From Polyangiaceae bacterium (lineage in GTDB: Bacteria; Myxococcota_A; Polyangia; Polyangiales; Polyangiaceae): a stretch of DNA of 52,949 nt. Under the pieces are notes generated by a model. The model ran no database searches. It was not told the origin of the DNA and saw only the letters and a list, made by a program, of their open reading frames with translations. The position numbers were made by a program, and so were the translations under genes. The stretch is from positions 193,508 through 246,456 of the forward strand of contig JAXLYP010000017.1 of NCBI GenBank assembly GCA_046351395.1. Reading direction: 5' to 3'. Below are positions 52,801 to 52,949 of the stretch, one piece after another. Positions within the stretch are counted from its first letter, which is position 1, and every line of letters starts with the position of its first letter.

Positions 52801-52949
52801 GGTTTGCTCCCTCCGAACTTCGTCGAATAGGGACTGCTTGCTGTCGGTGCTGCGCTCGGCGTGACCTGGGGTGTCGTGGGGGTCGTGCCGACGCTCGGGC
52901 TCGTGCTCTTCACCGTCGGCGCGATCGGTGCCCCCGTCGTCACCGCCGG
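52797..52949 (-). CDS. 3' end of an upstream gene (Pro/Thr-rich tail), 5'-partial
   Basis: High-GC3 frame ...TGAPIAPTVKSTSPSVGTTPTTPQVTPSAAPTASSPYSTKFGGSKP* running off the window end. Confidence 0.35.
   Translation of the reverse strand, partial: PAVTTGAPIAPTVKSTSPSVGTTPTTPQVTPSAAPTASSPYSTKFGGSKP

Overview
This 52.9-kb window is very GC-rich (about 70% or more by eye, with a strong G/C bias at codon third positions). It looks like a myxobacterial (Myxococcota-like) chromosome segment dense in secreted lipoproteins and signalling genes. I found no rRNA, tRNA or CRISPR. Many of the long ORFs in the six-frame track are antisense or off-frame artefacts, which is typical for high-GC DNA. I separated real genes using GC3, recognisable motifs, signal peptides and lipoboxes, and stop/start coupling. 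Coordinates were derived from the ORF track, not from an alignment.

Gene content, in order:
- The 3' end of a sigma-factor gene, with a putative anti-sigma membrane protein downstream.
- A fused membrane/spermidine-synthase-like protein next to a SAM-dependent methyltransferase.
- A papain-family (C1) lipoprotein protease.
- Two paralogous three-gene modules (7.7-13.8 kb, minus strand; 19.0-24.6 kb, plus strand). Each has a secreted kinase-like lipoprotein, a TLC/Npt (ATP/ADP-translocase family) inner-membrane transporter, and a beta-barrel-like secreted protein ending in GGTTGF. In the second copy the lipoprotein gene is split by an IS66-family transposase remnant.
- Three integral-membrane PAP2 phosphatases in a 4-kb stretch.
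- A Ser/Thr kinase with an FGE-sulfatase domain, followed by a SUKH/SMI1-like protein and a standalone LanM-N-terminal-like (DUF4135) kinase-fold protein.
- An orphan, N-terminally short TssC-like sheath gene with no tssB, coupled to a Cys-rich lipoprotein.
- A DTW-domain protein and a PQQ beta-propeller protein.
- A signalling cluster: PAS histidine kinase, Roadblock/LC7, MBL-like (FprA/ODP-type) metallo-hydrolase-fold protein, response regulator with DUF4388, OmpA/MotB-like protein, and a membrane coiled-coil Roadblock-like protein. An 830-bp non-coding region upstream carries three copies of an AT-rich 20-bp motif.
- A TetR gene with operator palindromes next to a CrtZ-like hydroxylase.
- An L,D-transpeptidase lipoprotein.
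- Two tandem paralogous DUF1565-like glycine-rich lipoproteins.

Other signals:
- The AT-rich heptamer TTGTCTG/CAGACAA and close variants recur far more often than base composition predicts.
- Several apparent frameshifts sit in C or G homopolymer runs. They may be assembly errors rather than biology.
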